Source of the DNA: Catajapyx aquilonaris
Taxonomy: Eukaryota
Length of the DNA stretch: 64,000 bases
Reading direction: 5' to 3'
Assembly (NCBI GenBank): GCA_000934665.2
Contig: KZ537981.1
Span: 1 to 64,000 of the forward strand
Shown: positions 22,455 to 36,400 of the stretch, piece by piece
How positions within the stretch are numbered: the first letter of the stretch is position 1
Layout: the number at the start of each line of letters is the position of its first letter
Position numbers and translations under genes: made by a program
The notes under the pieces: model-generated
Seen by the model: the letters and a program-made list of their open reading frames with translations, nothing else
Database searches by the model: none
What the model was told of the DNA's origin: nothing

Positions 22455-25017
22455 GTGCGACGACTCCTCCTGAGACTAGTCCACCAACACAGAGAGTGAA
22501 CACACCTGTGTGGCATGTATCCTTCCTACCTACGTTCCTTCCAAACTAAGTGTGGGAGGAGAAAAAAGAGAATGGAGAGGAGGAGGGGGTAGTACTACAC
22601 CCAGCAACTGCAGCAAGGTTGTCTCTCTTTTTTTCTCTCTCTTTACCTATATAACACCCCCCTCACTGGAACCGTAAGTATTTCAGGTCCTCCCCCAAAA
22701 AATCGACCTCACACTCAAACAGGACCGAACTGCAACACCGACTAGTCACTACTATGACTAAACCGCAGATAAAAAAAATAGGCGGCACATGATTATCAGA
22801 AAGCTCGGGGGAAGTGGGGGGGAGATGATGATAGCATAAAAAAAAAAACAAAGGGCCTTGGGTGACCAAATGCGACCGCATGCCAAGGAATGCAGAAACA
22901 CCCTGTAGGCAACAGCTGCTGGTTTATTTAGGTCGTGCATTGGGACTCGGTGAAACTCTGCTTGGAATTTGTGGTCGCAATTTCAGAAAAAAGGAGGAAT
23001 AAAAACACCCGAAATACACAAGCTGCCCAGGCGGAAAAACACGTCAACAAATTTACGCCAAATTTTGCGCCATACTGGTGTACTATCCGAGACTTTAACT
23101 TATGGCCTTTTCCAGGTTTCAAAATTTAACATTCGTAACAATAGTGCCATTTTCTGGTATATGAACATATGATGGCCCACCAACTACGCTGTTTAATTAT
23201 TAATTTAACCTCAGGATGACCTATCACACCTACACGAGTCGTTGCCATGCGTTGGTCCTACCTTTATTATGTTCGCACAAAGAAACTGAAGGATGCGACG
23301 TTTTTATTTAAGAGCCTGACTTGTTGAGTCACCTTACGAAAAATTAAGCATTCGCATTTTCTCAAGGTCGGCAGGTGGCCTAAAAAAATGTCCGTTTTTC
23401 GCGCGCGAAAAAAAATAAATTAAGAATTGCAGTACCGTATATGCCTGAGATCCACACCACATCCGAGCTTGAACCGCCACCTGTCGTCTCATGCTCTCAC
23501 TAATCTATACTGTAAAAAACACTGTATACTTTATGTACTGCACAAGATGCATGTAGTAGTAGTACAGTATTTTATTCATGTTGGTTGCGGTTACACACAA
23601 AAAAATTTCAAGTGAGAAATTGTATTTCGACATACTTTCCATGCGAATGTAAAATGTAAGCACTACATACATGCCAATGTTGTGAGATAATTTATTCTGG
23701 CAACTTAAACCGCAACTTGAATTAAGAGAGGTCGTCTTAACTTACCGTCTCTTTACCTGCAAACCCTATTCAAGAAGCTTCTCTGGTTATGTCAGGTTGT
23801 GCATTGTGAATACCTACGCATATAATCAAAGAGGTTACTTTATTTGCTTTTATACAAGCGACGCACTCCTGGCTTATAATGTACTAGCTTCCTACAACAT
23901 GTAAGTGTACGTTCAGTATTGGTCCACTGCATGTCTACGCCTACCACGCACCATGCTCCTCACCACCCATACACGTGCACACACATGCACGCTACTGTAG
24001 ACATCTACTCATTCAGTCCCCAACGACACAGCGGCAGCCACAGTTCAGAGAAAAAAAGAGAAGCCCCCTGACACAACCCTGCGATTTCAAACATGTACTT
24101 GTATTAGCAGGATATTTTGTAGTAGTCATATTACCTGGTGAATGGAACCACACAGGGGCAGGGAGGGGAGGATGAGGGCGGCGGCCTTACAAGCAACCTA
24201 AAACAGAAGCAAGACGAGTCAGGGTTAATGCAGCGCACGGACCGTCACAAGGGGGGGGCGGGCTAAAACAACTGGAAGCTCAACTATTCCCATGTTACAA
24301 AATGCTTCATTTCCGTGAAATGCGCAGGTGGCAACTATGTTATCATAACACGGGTAATATACGACAGCGATTGTACACTTCCAAATGTAGAGCAGGTACA
24401 GTACTATCGTAAGACTTGCCCTGCATTCTTGTGTGTGCGCTTCTGATAACACAGTGGATACTAGTTGACATCAACCCATTCCACGGAAACGGCTACAGCT
24501 ACTCTCCCACTTGTGCAGTCGCACTTGAAAGGTCCATACATTTTTTTAAAACCCTCGTTAGTAATTAGACATCTGCAGCTGGGTTAGTGCAGGGGTCAAC
24601 ACTTGGCACACTGTGAAAATTAACATCTATCCCTGACCTGGTAGCCATGGTAGCTAATCAAAAGTGTATGCAGCACAGGATGGTCTGTTTCGTCTATCAA
24701 CACATGATCCCGGAAAACAGGCATGACTTAAAGTACTACGAGACAAATATTCTTTTCACAAGGCATATTATGCGGGTGAGGAAAAAAGGGAGCAAGTTAG
24801 CCGAGAGGCACTCTTTATTTGCACTATTTCACTGGGATGCGTTTGGGGGTTTCCAACAAACAATCAGCAAATAAATCCATGCACACATAGGCCGCTAAAT
24901 CATGGCATGTTGTCGAACTGAGCACCAGATTGTGGGAAAACTACGCTTTGGAAAATAGAAACCCTGCCATGATCTAGCGACTCACTTCAGCAAAGAGGAC
25001 CTGAAAAGTATAGTGTT

Positions 25018-27833
25018 TTAGGACAGCATGATGGCAACAGCGGCCGCAGCAGCGGCCAGGACGGCAGCCAGTGCGGCAAGACAGTCGAGGCCGGCCAGCT
25101 GGTGCAGGCATGCGAAGATGTAGCATGCGGCCAGCACACTCCCAGGGCCCCACTTACTTGACTCCGAGGAAGCCCCGAACGCCACCGGAATCGGAGGCGC
25201 TGCTGGAGGAGGAGCCTTGGGAGCTGGAGGCACCGACGTCTCCCTTGCAAGCGCATCCAAAAGCGCATCCAACTGTGCCTCCTCGCTTGCCTGAACGCAC
25301 TGTGGCATCTGTGCTCGTGGCCAGCTGCTGACCTCGGCCTGAACCGTCTGGGCCACTTGGGCCCTGGGCCAGTGGTTAATCCTCACCTCAGTTAAGGTCT
25401 CGGTACTTGTTCCACCATCCAGTAAATGTCGGGAAACCCTGGGAGTTGATGCATCGGTGTCCCACATGAGGTCTGAGTAGCTCCGGGCACGTTCGGAATT
25501 GCGGTTTCGAGCTGGCGGCAGAGGAGGTGCCTGTCTCCCAGCACGTGGAACCAAACTTGCAAGATTGGCTGACAGTGACCTGACCGCACGTCGCTTTACA
25601 GACGCCTCTGGAAAGTCCTTCCGAAGGTTTCGTACTGCGAGATCATCAGCGACAATGTCTGGCCGCTTCAGAGCACTAAGCATAGGCCTTCTTGTCACCT
25701 TTGGGTGTGCCCGGAGGTAGTCTGTACTAGAAGATGGCGATAAAGGTCTCAAAGGTATGCCAAATGGAGGCTGCGAATCTGGAATTAGTCCGCTGTTTGC
25801 CCTCCTTATGTTTCGAAGAGCAACATCATCTGCAGTTGGATCGGCCTCACCAGGTTCTACTGGTTCAGAAGCAGGCGGAAGCAGCAGAAAGCTTCCAGCA
25901 CGGCCAATGACATTTCTGGGATCATTCACCCCGTTTGGAATGTCTTTTACTAAACGGCGCCGAGCCATATCATCTGCCAGTGGATCAGGCATGCAAGACC
26001 GGCGGCATGGTGGGGCCCTTGTCCTCGGTGCCTTCGGAGACCCGACTGAGCTTGGTGGTGAAGATGATGTTGATCCGCGCCTCTGGTGGGCTGTTGGCAA
26101 ATCCCTTCGTTCGGCACGATCCAACAAATCTTCATCGCTCAATCGTAAACTTTTGTAAATGGCCTCCAGCTCATTGAGTGCTTCCTCTAGATTGGCGTTA
26201 CGTTGCTGCCTTTCTTCCAGGGTTGGGAAGGGTGGAAACTTAGGCAGCGGTGGTGGCGGCGGTGGAGCTGGCCGCCACCTGGCTGTGGCTTCCCTCTGGC
26301 GCCAAAAGTCAGTGGGTCCCCCATTTGAAGGCCGAACCGAGTTGATGGTGCCGTAGTGTCCACGAACCAGCACATTCTGATAGTCGTGATGGGAATCAAC
26401 TGCCATGGAGTTTGGTCGTGGGTCAGGGTAGAGAACCACGCGACGCTGGGGGTCACGGGGAGGCGGAGGCGGTGGACTCTGCTTTGCATGGCTGAAAAAC
26501 AGAACAACATGTAAACTGCTAGTTTGTCTCAAACAATAAGAATAAAAAGCCATGAACAGCTTCAATGACATGACTTTAAAATATTAGTAATTTTTCACTT
26601 CATCATGCATCAAGAATATTTTAACTACAACACATCCAATAGCATGGTTAGCAGCCAATTCAAAATATTCTGGACATGTGTCAAAAAAATGCTTTGTAGT
26701 TTTCTTCAAAAAATTTACGTACACTGACATTTTCCAACATTAAATTTTTCACATTATGGCAACCATGGAGCAAAGCTACATTAGTAAAATTAATAAATTT
26801 AGTAATGCAAAATGCCTGCAATGGAATTCCAAGAATCTGACCTTCTGTGAAAGAATCGTGGTTGCGACTGAGCCTGCATCTGTATATGCCTGCTAGGCTG
26901 ATGATGAATGGGCTGTGCGTATGTGGGGAGCTGCGGATGAGACTGCGACTGGTTCACAAGGTGCCTGAGTGCAAACACGGGACTCCTCATTTGTGCTGTG
27001 AGTGGTTGCTGAGGCGATACGACCACCGAGGAGGCCCACCTGGTGCCCCACGGATGAGGCACAGGTGGAGGAGGGTGCAACGGAGGAGGCAGGCAGTCAC
27101 GACGGGGCTGCTGCTGAACCCTGCGTCCACTGTCCAAGCTGGACCTCCGGTAAGTCCCAATGTTGTTACCAGACGTGACTGACGACTCCTCCTCTTCTGA
27201 GCTACTGTTCTTCAACTTCTCCCTCCTCGCTTCAGCCCTTGCCTTCCTGGCATCCCGCCTCTCTTTACGGAGCAACACCTCGCTTGACCCGCTGGTTGAC
27301 CCACCACCTCGATATCGGCTCGAGTCGTGGCTGGAGTGTGACAACCGATCTATGCTGCCACTGAGAGAGTCTCGACTTCCACTTCGACCACGGGCCTTAT
27401 TGTTGTTGGGAATGGTTATCTGCCTGCTCCTGTGCTGTCCGTTGACAACTGGGAGGCCATCCTGGGCAGGGATCAGTCTGCCTTCATCGGCACTCAGAAC
27501 ATAGTTAAGCTCAGGCGGAGTTGGTTCAATCTCAAGCGTCACCCGTACATGACCTTCGGGCAACATTGGCTGTTGGGACTGCTGCTGTTGCTTCTTCTGC
27601 TGCCTTCTGGCCCTCCGTAACGCCAGAAACCCTCCCTGTTGCCTTGTCGTGTCTTTCTCCACCTCTTCCGAACTGCTTCCACTCCCTTTGCTCTTCTTTC
27701 GCCTGAAGAGGTTGCCCAGTGTCCATTTGCGCTCCTTCTTCCGCTTGGTCTGACCACCTCCGGCGGGCTTTCCATTGCTCATGGCCATGTTTGTGTTGCG
27801 GTGCTGCTCCTTCTGCGGACCACCAGTAGCCAT
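25018..27833 (-). CDS. Distal 5' coding exons of the supervillin locus (26842-27881 and 25018/25158-26491): either the N-terminus of a ~2790-aa Svil isoform or a ~820-aa protein ending in a hydrophobic tail
   Basis: Two long ORFs are joined by a phase-2 intron (AG|gtcaga...tttttcag|C). Conserved-looking motifs include KKERKWTLGNLFRRKK, NLEEALNELEAIYKSLRLSDEDLLDRAERRDLP and three ADDxAxR repeats. An internal donor A|gtaagt at 25157 is phase-compatible with Svil exon 21821-21899. The start codon (MATGG at 27833) is tentative because an acceptor lies at 27882. Confidence 0.8.
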
Positions 27834-30227
27834 GGCCGATCCAGCAGTCACTGGTGCGGCCCGGGAGCCTGAACTCACACTCTGCGGGGAAAGAACCAAA
27901 ATTAGTAACTCATCCTCAAGCGTCAACAACAATATAGCTAAATAAATGGGTCCCAGACATCCGATGATTGACATATGCCCAACTGATTCCTAGGTGTCTG
28001 CCTGCCTCTAAATTTGACATGTCTTTGGCTGCCATTGGCTGCAGTGTTGAATGACAGGGGTTCCCCGGCAGAAATAGTTCAACTCAGGCCTGGGTTATAT
28101 TTTCAGCTTTGTCGGTTGGTTTGGAGGATGTGGGGGAATGGTAAAAGTCTCTCGGTAACTGAGACCCCACCGCTGTTGCTGTCAGTTCAAGAATCCTCCC
28201 ATGAGAGAAACAAGCTGTCGAAGGATGCACTTTGATGCGACACGCTCCAACCAACTGCTACAGCAAAATCTTCGATCAGATGCCCCATAAAATATTGGCT
28301 GTCTGCGAATGTAACCAGTGATAACCAATGGCCATCTTCAAACCCACGCCCCATTGTGTGCAAAGAGTCGCAAAAATTTTGCGATTTAAATGCGACCTTC
28401 AACGCCCTTCATGCATACAGTTTGAGCCGTTTCAGCAAATATGGTCCTTCGAGTCATTTTTGCACATATCGTTACGTAATCGCATATTTGTTGTGCGAAA
28501 TGAGTGGTTCACCCACTTTGCACTCCACTCGCATTTTTTTTCATATCGCAACAGGGCCATTACAGTGCGATTAACATGCCAAAGAAATGAGGTCGTGTGA
28601 CGTATAAAAGCCATGTCACCCAGGGCGTACATTGTCACTTTGCATTAAACATCAATCGATCACTAGAATCACCTCCCTTGTCACCAACATGGCCCGAATA
28701 TTAATTAACGCGCCTAAAGATGCCCTCCCACCTTGTAAACACTCCCATTTGCATAACCCTACAGACCTGACAAGTGCGCCAATTACGTCAGGTGGCATTA
28801 AAATAGGTGCAAGGTCGTCTATTTCCGGCCGCAATAATATTCGCAATAGCCAATACCTGAAAGTCTAATTTTTTAAAAATTATTGCAATAATTTCATGCT
28901 GGCAGTAGGCGATGGAAGTGTCGCGGGCTGTACCCAGGTTTTTACGATGGTAATCAAGCCATTTGATGATGAAATAGGTTCAGATCCGCATGTGCCATAA
29001 ACACGAAGAGTTGTTTTTTCCTTCCTTCCTAAGCATGAAGCAAGCGGATGGAGCGAATAAAAATGATGGTGTGTCTGATGGTGGATTCAATTCAGGTCAG
29101 TAGATTTCTTGGGGGAGCCGGATTGCCTTGATCTGGCTGCCTGCTCATTACGTCGTCACGGGAACGCGGAAAGAATCATAATTATCATACTCCAAGCTCA
29201 ACTCCATTCACCCTATTCAGATACGCCTTTTTTTCTTCTTCTTCTTTCCCTCCATCCAACAATCCTGGCACATTTGATACGCGCAATTTCCGCCTCCTTT
29301 ATTTTTTTTTTGCAACTGAAACCTTCTCCAATCTAACACACTTTTCCGGCTGTGTTGCCCAAATGCAAAAATGTGCAAACAATTAGATGCTGCTCGTGAT
29401 TACAAGCCACTTTCCTTGAATGATGCTGATCGCTCATTTGCATCACAAAACGCATCAATAAGCCCGGGTCAAAGGTCGAGGCACCCAAGCAATTGTACCA
29501 ATATTCCACTCCCAATCCAATAAATAAATGGCGTCCCCCAATAGATCATTTCCGCAGTGCGATTAAACTCCAGCAGGCTCCGAAACGCACCAAGGACTCC
29601 GCACACCGTTCATGTCAAGCTCGAATAATTCGGGACGTAATTTTATTTATTATCCAAGAAGCAATGTAACCAACAGGACCTCCCCTTTTTTTTATTTCGA
29701 TGGCCTACTATAAAATGTAGTCCACACCAAAGTGTTGGTCATTGCGGTATCTAATTACTGGGCAAAAGGACCAGTAGCAGTTATCTGATTCAAAGTCATG
29801 CGGCAACATAACATTAGCGACTTGATCGCATCACTAGTGAACGGCCCCAATCATCAGAGTCATTAGGAGATAAACCGATGAACCAAATCACGCTTTCAAA
29901 GCGATGCATGTTTCATAAGAAGCTATTTTTGACAGCCATGTCCAAATGAATGTTTATGCTAGCAAGATGAGTCCGGCCACACAATTTAATGAATTCACTA
30001 GGAAAACGCTCGCTCTTTTCTAGGTCTACGGCCTGGGGTACCTATTCGGCGCACCATATCGCCGGGGAAGGGACAGTTTCCCCGGCAACCCAACAGTTGT
30101 TGTTTACACCCAATTGCGCATGAGTAGAACACGGGCCAATAGGGAGGTGGCGGTAACAATATGCGGCGGACCAATCAGAGGGCTCGGCCAACTCTCGCAA
30201 GGATTTTAATATTATAGATAGTTTTAT

Positions 30228-30560
30228 CCTTCTACTAATGTTAGTAGCAGCTGCTAACAAGTAACCAATGAAACTTATTACGCGTGGTGAACTAAGTAGC
30301 TATTATAACTCGAACGCAATAGTAAAATCCAAAAGTGTAGCAGACTATAGTGTGCTAACTAAGGATACGCTTTTCGACCACTTCTTTCTAATAACACTTC
30401 TAAACGCTTCTAATATATACATTAAAGAATTTCTTCTACTAACCAGAGTAATAACGTCGATGTTGAATTGGTTTTTCTTCATTATGCTAACGATAAATAT
30501 ATACCACACCTAATTTTCTGCTGTTGCCTTAGCAGCTGCTACTAACTGGAGCAGAAGTGC
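30228..30560. mobile_element. Degenerate TIR element (MITE-like)
   Basis: ttctactaatgttagtagcagctgctaa near 30230 is inverted relative to ttagcagctgctactaactggagcagaa near 30528-30555. Confidence 0.5.
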
Positions 30561-33280
30561 TAAAAAAACCACCCGAGCATCTTGATCCATCATCGGTGAT
30601 GAATATGGCCATCATCATCAGGTGATGATTGGTGACCTTCACGCAACCATAACCCTGCAACCTACTACGTCACTATATGGCAATTACTTATAATCTATCG
30701 ACGAAGCACGTCTCCTCCATTTATAATTGGCCATTACCTAACGTCTCGCGACAAGTACGGTCGAATTTTCTCTCTCCATTTCCAGCAAAAGTTGAGAAAA
30801 TGAAACGGTACGTACTGCACGACACTCGACTCATGAAACAAGAGGTTCATGCGATGTGCTTACTTTGCAGATATTAATCTGACGATCTGTGCGCTTCACT
30901 CCTCAACCATAATACGCCAGTGTTGCCTAATGGTCACCGTGCATACTCGACACTTAAATGACCCCCGTAGCTCAAGGAGTGGTCAGCGCTGACCTCGCAC
31001 ACTTCTCACGGAGTCTGCTCTAAGAAAAGTAAACGGACTGGAACTAGATCGCACGCCAATTACACACACTCTCGCCCATATTTGCGTGCAGAATAATAAA
31101 CCCGCTACGTTTCTAAACCAGCAGTTGTGTCAATACAAAAAACCGCAGGCATTTTCTTAAACAATAATATAACAATCGGTCACGAACACCGCAAGCAGCT
31201 CTACATTTAATTCCCTCTCACAAAAAAAAGAGGGTTTGGCACTTTGTGCAAAAATTCACTATTTAAGCAAGAAATCTGCGAACGTTTTGCAAGGTGGAAT
31301 TCTCGCACGATTGGTCAGCTGTCCTGATCCATGGCCATCTAATATGCAACTTATTTTTGAAGAAAAATATATATAAAAAAACCATGTGGGAGTGTAGCCA
31401 CTTGTAACAGGTCGTATTGCCAGACAAGAAGGCCTCTGTTTCGCACTGGTTTTTTTGGCAAGGCCCACCTGGGCGACCTACTTGGAAGTCATTTGCCTGC
31501 TCTGGCTATGTAGGAATAACGCGCAGTCTGAAAGAGAGATGTGTATAACAGACAGGATCTGCCTCGAGACACAAAACCCCAGTGAAACCGAGACTGAAAG
31601 AGAGAACAACTCCTCCGGAACAAACAATGGAGAAAACCTCATTGCTGCAATTGCAAGAAAGCTTTGTCCCGGATATTATACGTGTGCTATCGCATTGAAT
31701 ATATAGTATAGCCGTGAGAAAAGGCGATTAATATTGTTCATCCCCCGTTGGACACTCCCACATAATTTTTTTTTCCCTGAGCCCGAAGCCTGCTGATTTA
31801 TACCCAATAAAGCAGTTGTCTAATCCGAGGCCTTGGTCGCGAATAGGCACAAATAGGCACAAGGGCAAGTTATAATCTTCGACTGGAAGAGATGCAAAAA
31901 CGGCGTGATTCAAATGGCCATGGGTATGATTTTCAAGGCATTTTGCAAACTAGTAGGAATTTCCACCCCGGAAATTACATTAGAACGTGCCTATTTATCA
32001 CCTCACACTGCCACCCTAACTATGGAAACGAAAGTCACGTTAACTTCGACGAAAATGGGAAGATCTTTACTATACGCTACGAATGGGGCGGGAGTCGGGG
32101 TGGAGGCAAAGCCACAATAACGTTCGTCGGGCTGCGCCGCCACTTCGTCGCGTCGTAAAGATCAGCAAAAAAGATACGCGCATTAAATGGAGTAAATCGT
32201 GTAATAAACCATCGAAACAAACAGCTCGACAGGACACAGCCATATCGTGAATGCTCTTATTACAAAAAAAATAAACAGTCCTCGGCTAAAAGAAACAGTT
32301 CATCGCTCACCCAAACCCCAAGTGACAAAGCAATAACCCCCCAACGTAAATAATGGCATAGAAACTACTCCTTACACATAACAAACACGACGATTAATAT
32401 TGCTAGCAATAAATCGTAATTATTTATAACAGCGCGTTTCCCGTTCCCAAAATGTGATATGGCTCATTCGCAACAGACCCCCACATTAATATTTTTGGCA
32501 GCTTCCCTTGTTGAACCGACCCACCCCTGGCGGCAGCAGCAGCATCTGGATCCAATGTCAGAGACGCAATTATTTGGAGCACCCGATACCCCTGCTACTC
32601 AAAAGTGTAAGGTGAAACTACGCATGTCGGTTACACAAGGGCCTATTTGTCTGTTAAGACCTTTAGTAGCTTCGCTCCTCCTCCCACCGACTAACTACAG
32701 GGTGATGCTATTTTTATACCCTAACAAGTTCATCTCAGAGTGGAAGTTCCCACCCTTGACGAAGAAGATGCGTCAGGACGGATCTTAATTAGCCGTCGAA
32801 GTCATTACCCCGCCCTTTAAAAGCCTCTGGATTGATTGAATAGGGTCGGGATCGGCCCATCTTACGCAATTTTGATTGAAAACTTCCCGTCAGGATCGGT
32901 CTGACTTGACCAGCAGTCTTCGATCCAGTTCCTCCCCCTAAAGGAAAAAAGGTCCCTCGCGGGCCCATTGCGTGATTCGCAGTCTTGGGACTGGCCAGCC
33001 TTGAAACAGCTGTGCAATTACATTCCATTCGACTTCCATCTATGTCACACACACAAGGAAAAAATAAAATGGCGATCTGATAATCATGGAGCAGGAAAAG
33101 TAGAAAAGGCTTAAAATAAATGTAGTACAGGGCCATTCAAAGATTACATGATGTGACTGCAATATACAAGGTGTGGTATATTGCCAAAGAAATACATTAC
33201 AGCAACCAGTCCACATGAGATTGTTGTTTCTCTGTAAATGAGTGAACTCATTGCCAAAATTTGCTGTTACCAGTATGACT

Positions 33281-33445
33281 GACAATTAAACGATTTACTG
33301 AGATGGCCCGCCGATTTACCACGTATAGTTCTATTCTTCACGCATAGATCTCCCTCTGCACATTCCTGCCACCTTCAGGTCAATAGCGATACTATCAGGT
33401 CGGACAAACATCCGACGGAGAGAATAAGCCTATTAGGAGAAAGAT
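33281..33445 (+). repeat. Dispersed ~170-bp repeat, copy A
   Basis: Matches 39022-39191, for example atagcgatactatcaggtcggacaaacatccgac.gagagaataagcctattagga. Confidence 0.85.
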
Positions 33446-36400
33446 TGGCTTTGCTCGGAATAAACAATCTTCCACTTCACTGTCTGATGCCATCAGTGAA
33501 ACACCCTGTACATAAACCAGACGAGGATTTCCACATGGCCCAATTTCTTTTAACTGATCGTCAAGAGCTACGCTGATGTGGCACTTGACCTACAGTTTGC
33601 CCCTAACCGACAGTTAAATAGTTGAAGAAACTTGGCATTAATCCGCAAATATTAAAAGCCATTGTGGTAGATTGTGCAGGTACGAACAATTACAACGTAA
33701 GGTTTTGGCCAAAAATTTTGGCAAGTTTTGGCTCCACATGCGACAACGTCAGGACGCCACAACCGAGCGTAAAATTCGAGGAAGAAGGAAGCCACGATCA
33801 GCAAGTAAGATAGAGGTACACGCTCCCGGGTTGTGTTTATCTAAAGGTGATGTTGAACCTGCTCCTCAGCCCGGAAATGACTTGCACGTTTTGGCACACA
33901 TGTGTTTATAGATGGGCAGGTGAACTTTTTGGTTACCTTCGAGGTCCATCTGCCGTCCCAGGCCACACACTCGCACAGCAGGCACGGACACATGGTCACT
34001 CACACACTGCCCCGACAGCAGGACCTCACACACTCATGTGCTGCCCTAATACACGCCCCCTCCCCCGACACATCCAGCCAATCACAGCCTCCCTCAGGAC
34101 TTGCATCCTAGTCATCCAAAAGTCCCAAATCTATTCCTGGCCACGCACATTTTCTAACTCTGTGATTTGTGCCCCAGAGTCCGTTGCCTCTTTGGGGTCC
34201 ACACGCGGTAATGACCCTCTTCAGCAAGTACTTTCACATATTTCTTCTTGTTGCCCGGCGTGAATACGCAACATGACCTCCGGAGGTCAAGGTGGAAATA
34301 TTTTCCTGTTCGCTAAACCAGTATTGCGCCCTTCGTGTATTTAAAAAAAATTACTAAATTATTAATTGATCTTAAAACTTAAAATCTCCTTTGCAAATAT
34401 CACTGCAAATCTTATTAAATCTGTGTCATACAAAGTACGTGACTTCATCGTGTACCAGGCCCACTGTGAAAACGGTGATCTCAGCAACCGTTCTCAACAT
34501 ATGAAATTAAATTCGTGTGCATAACTTGTAAGTACTCAGAACAGTGATTCACCTGCGAAAATTTACATAGCGCGTACCGTTCACGTTGCAGATTTACAGG
34601 TTGGACATAAACGTGCGCAACTTTACGGTGACAACGGCTGCCTTTCAACCGGTTTCCGCATCACTTTCTCGAGTAAAATAGATAGGACAGTCCTAAATTG
34701 CGCAAGACTATATAGTGGGGAACCGCACTTTTTTATTTCCCAAGCAACCATTTCATTAATTTTTTTTTTGGTCTGTCGTCGGCGACTCTTGATGGGAACC
34801 AGGCGAATTCCCTTAACCTACTGCCTTCCTCTTCCGATTATTTCCTGCCAGTGAGAAAAAGGGTCGCCAAAATCACTTATCCAGCCCCTCCCACCCCAGT
34901 GTGTTTGCTGTGAAGCAAGCATTGGACCGCTTTCCACCGTCATTTTTATACTAAACATCATGGCATGCCCACCCTGCAAAATGTGTACAGTTACGAGACT
35001 TATGAGCGGACTGCCAAAACAGCCTGATGTCACGAAGTGTCGAGTGACCAAAGGAATTCGTGCCTGAAAAAAGTGTCACCAGACGGGTGACGAATCAGGC
35101 AGCTTCCGTGTAATTCCTGTGACCGATGCGACACAGCATGAGAACACGTTGAAAGGCAGAAACTTCGGAGGTTCATCACATACACAGTAGTTGCAAAATT
35201 TGTCAAGTATTTACAACGTGCTCGCACAATTGCACAAAAAAAAAAAAAAACGTGAGGTCCACACAGTGATGTAACGTGACCAGGTCATCCTGAATGTTAT
35301 GCTTCCTCCTGAATGGCCATGAAACGTGTCACTTAATGTCATCGGCCCATTTCGACAGGGCATAATAAATCTGGCTCGGACTTTGCACGACGGCCAATTT
35401 GACACCTGGCGCCAACGGGTCATCGTCACCACTGTTTGAACTTTGCCCCCTATCCTCCCATCGCCTCACCCCCTCGTACTCGTCACCTGCTTTGCTACTT
35501 CCCCTTCCGCCAGCACCTATTACATTGTTTAGAGGCCATGACATGTAAATGAAACCGATACATGGGATCAGATAGGACAACAGCCAACTTCCGCTTACCC
35601 GGCCATCAGGACGTGTCACCTCCGCGGTCATCAATTGACCTCTCGGGTCCAACCAATTCAATGCAGGCCAAACGTTGACAATTTACCCATTTGCACCTCA
35701 CATTCGCAGTTAATCCCTTGCCACTTTTTTTTTGGCTATTGAATGACTAATTGGCGTGACGTCGCCCATCGCGCCTGAAGGTCGAGCGTTTTGTAAGGTT
35801 CCCAACTATTTCTACCCAGCACTTGTTTAAAAATCGAATTTATTATAGACCTTTCTCGTGCTTTTACCGCCCGGTGTATCGTACAAAGTAGGTCCAACTA
35901 ATTCACTTTCGCTCGAAATCCCGTTGCCAACTGCAGGGGGATGAAAAGCGAGAATGACACAGATTCCTTTTGCAAAAAGTGGCGATTAAAACAAAAAAGT
36001 GCGAATGTCCCAGTTGAAGGCGGATCCTCGTTGGCCTACCTGGAGCACCATGGTCGGTTGGAGAGCACCCTCAACAACAAACCATCCACCTCGGAGGACA
36101 ACGCAGCAACTACTGGCAAAACCGGCCTTCTTTTTCCCGCCACCCCAATCGCCCCCCAGCCCCCCTTTCTCTCCTCTCAACTGGCTAAAAACCTTGCAAC
36201 ATTGCCAGCCAAATTATACTACTATCCATCATAATATACACAGCACACTCAGGGTTGTCAACCTTATAGCTATCATTATAAGTAACACTAAATTCAGTAC
36301 CATGATTTTCGACATTTGCATCTTGCTTTCTGACGACACGAATATACGATTATTTCCCTATATAGCTCAATTTGGCTCATTTGCAAGGTTGCCACCAGCA

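Noticed and set aside
24135..24197. 63-nt AG/GT-bounded candidate Svil exon
   Set aside because: It hits TAA in the phase required between 25158 and 21899. At most it is a UTR or poison exon, and I have no further support.
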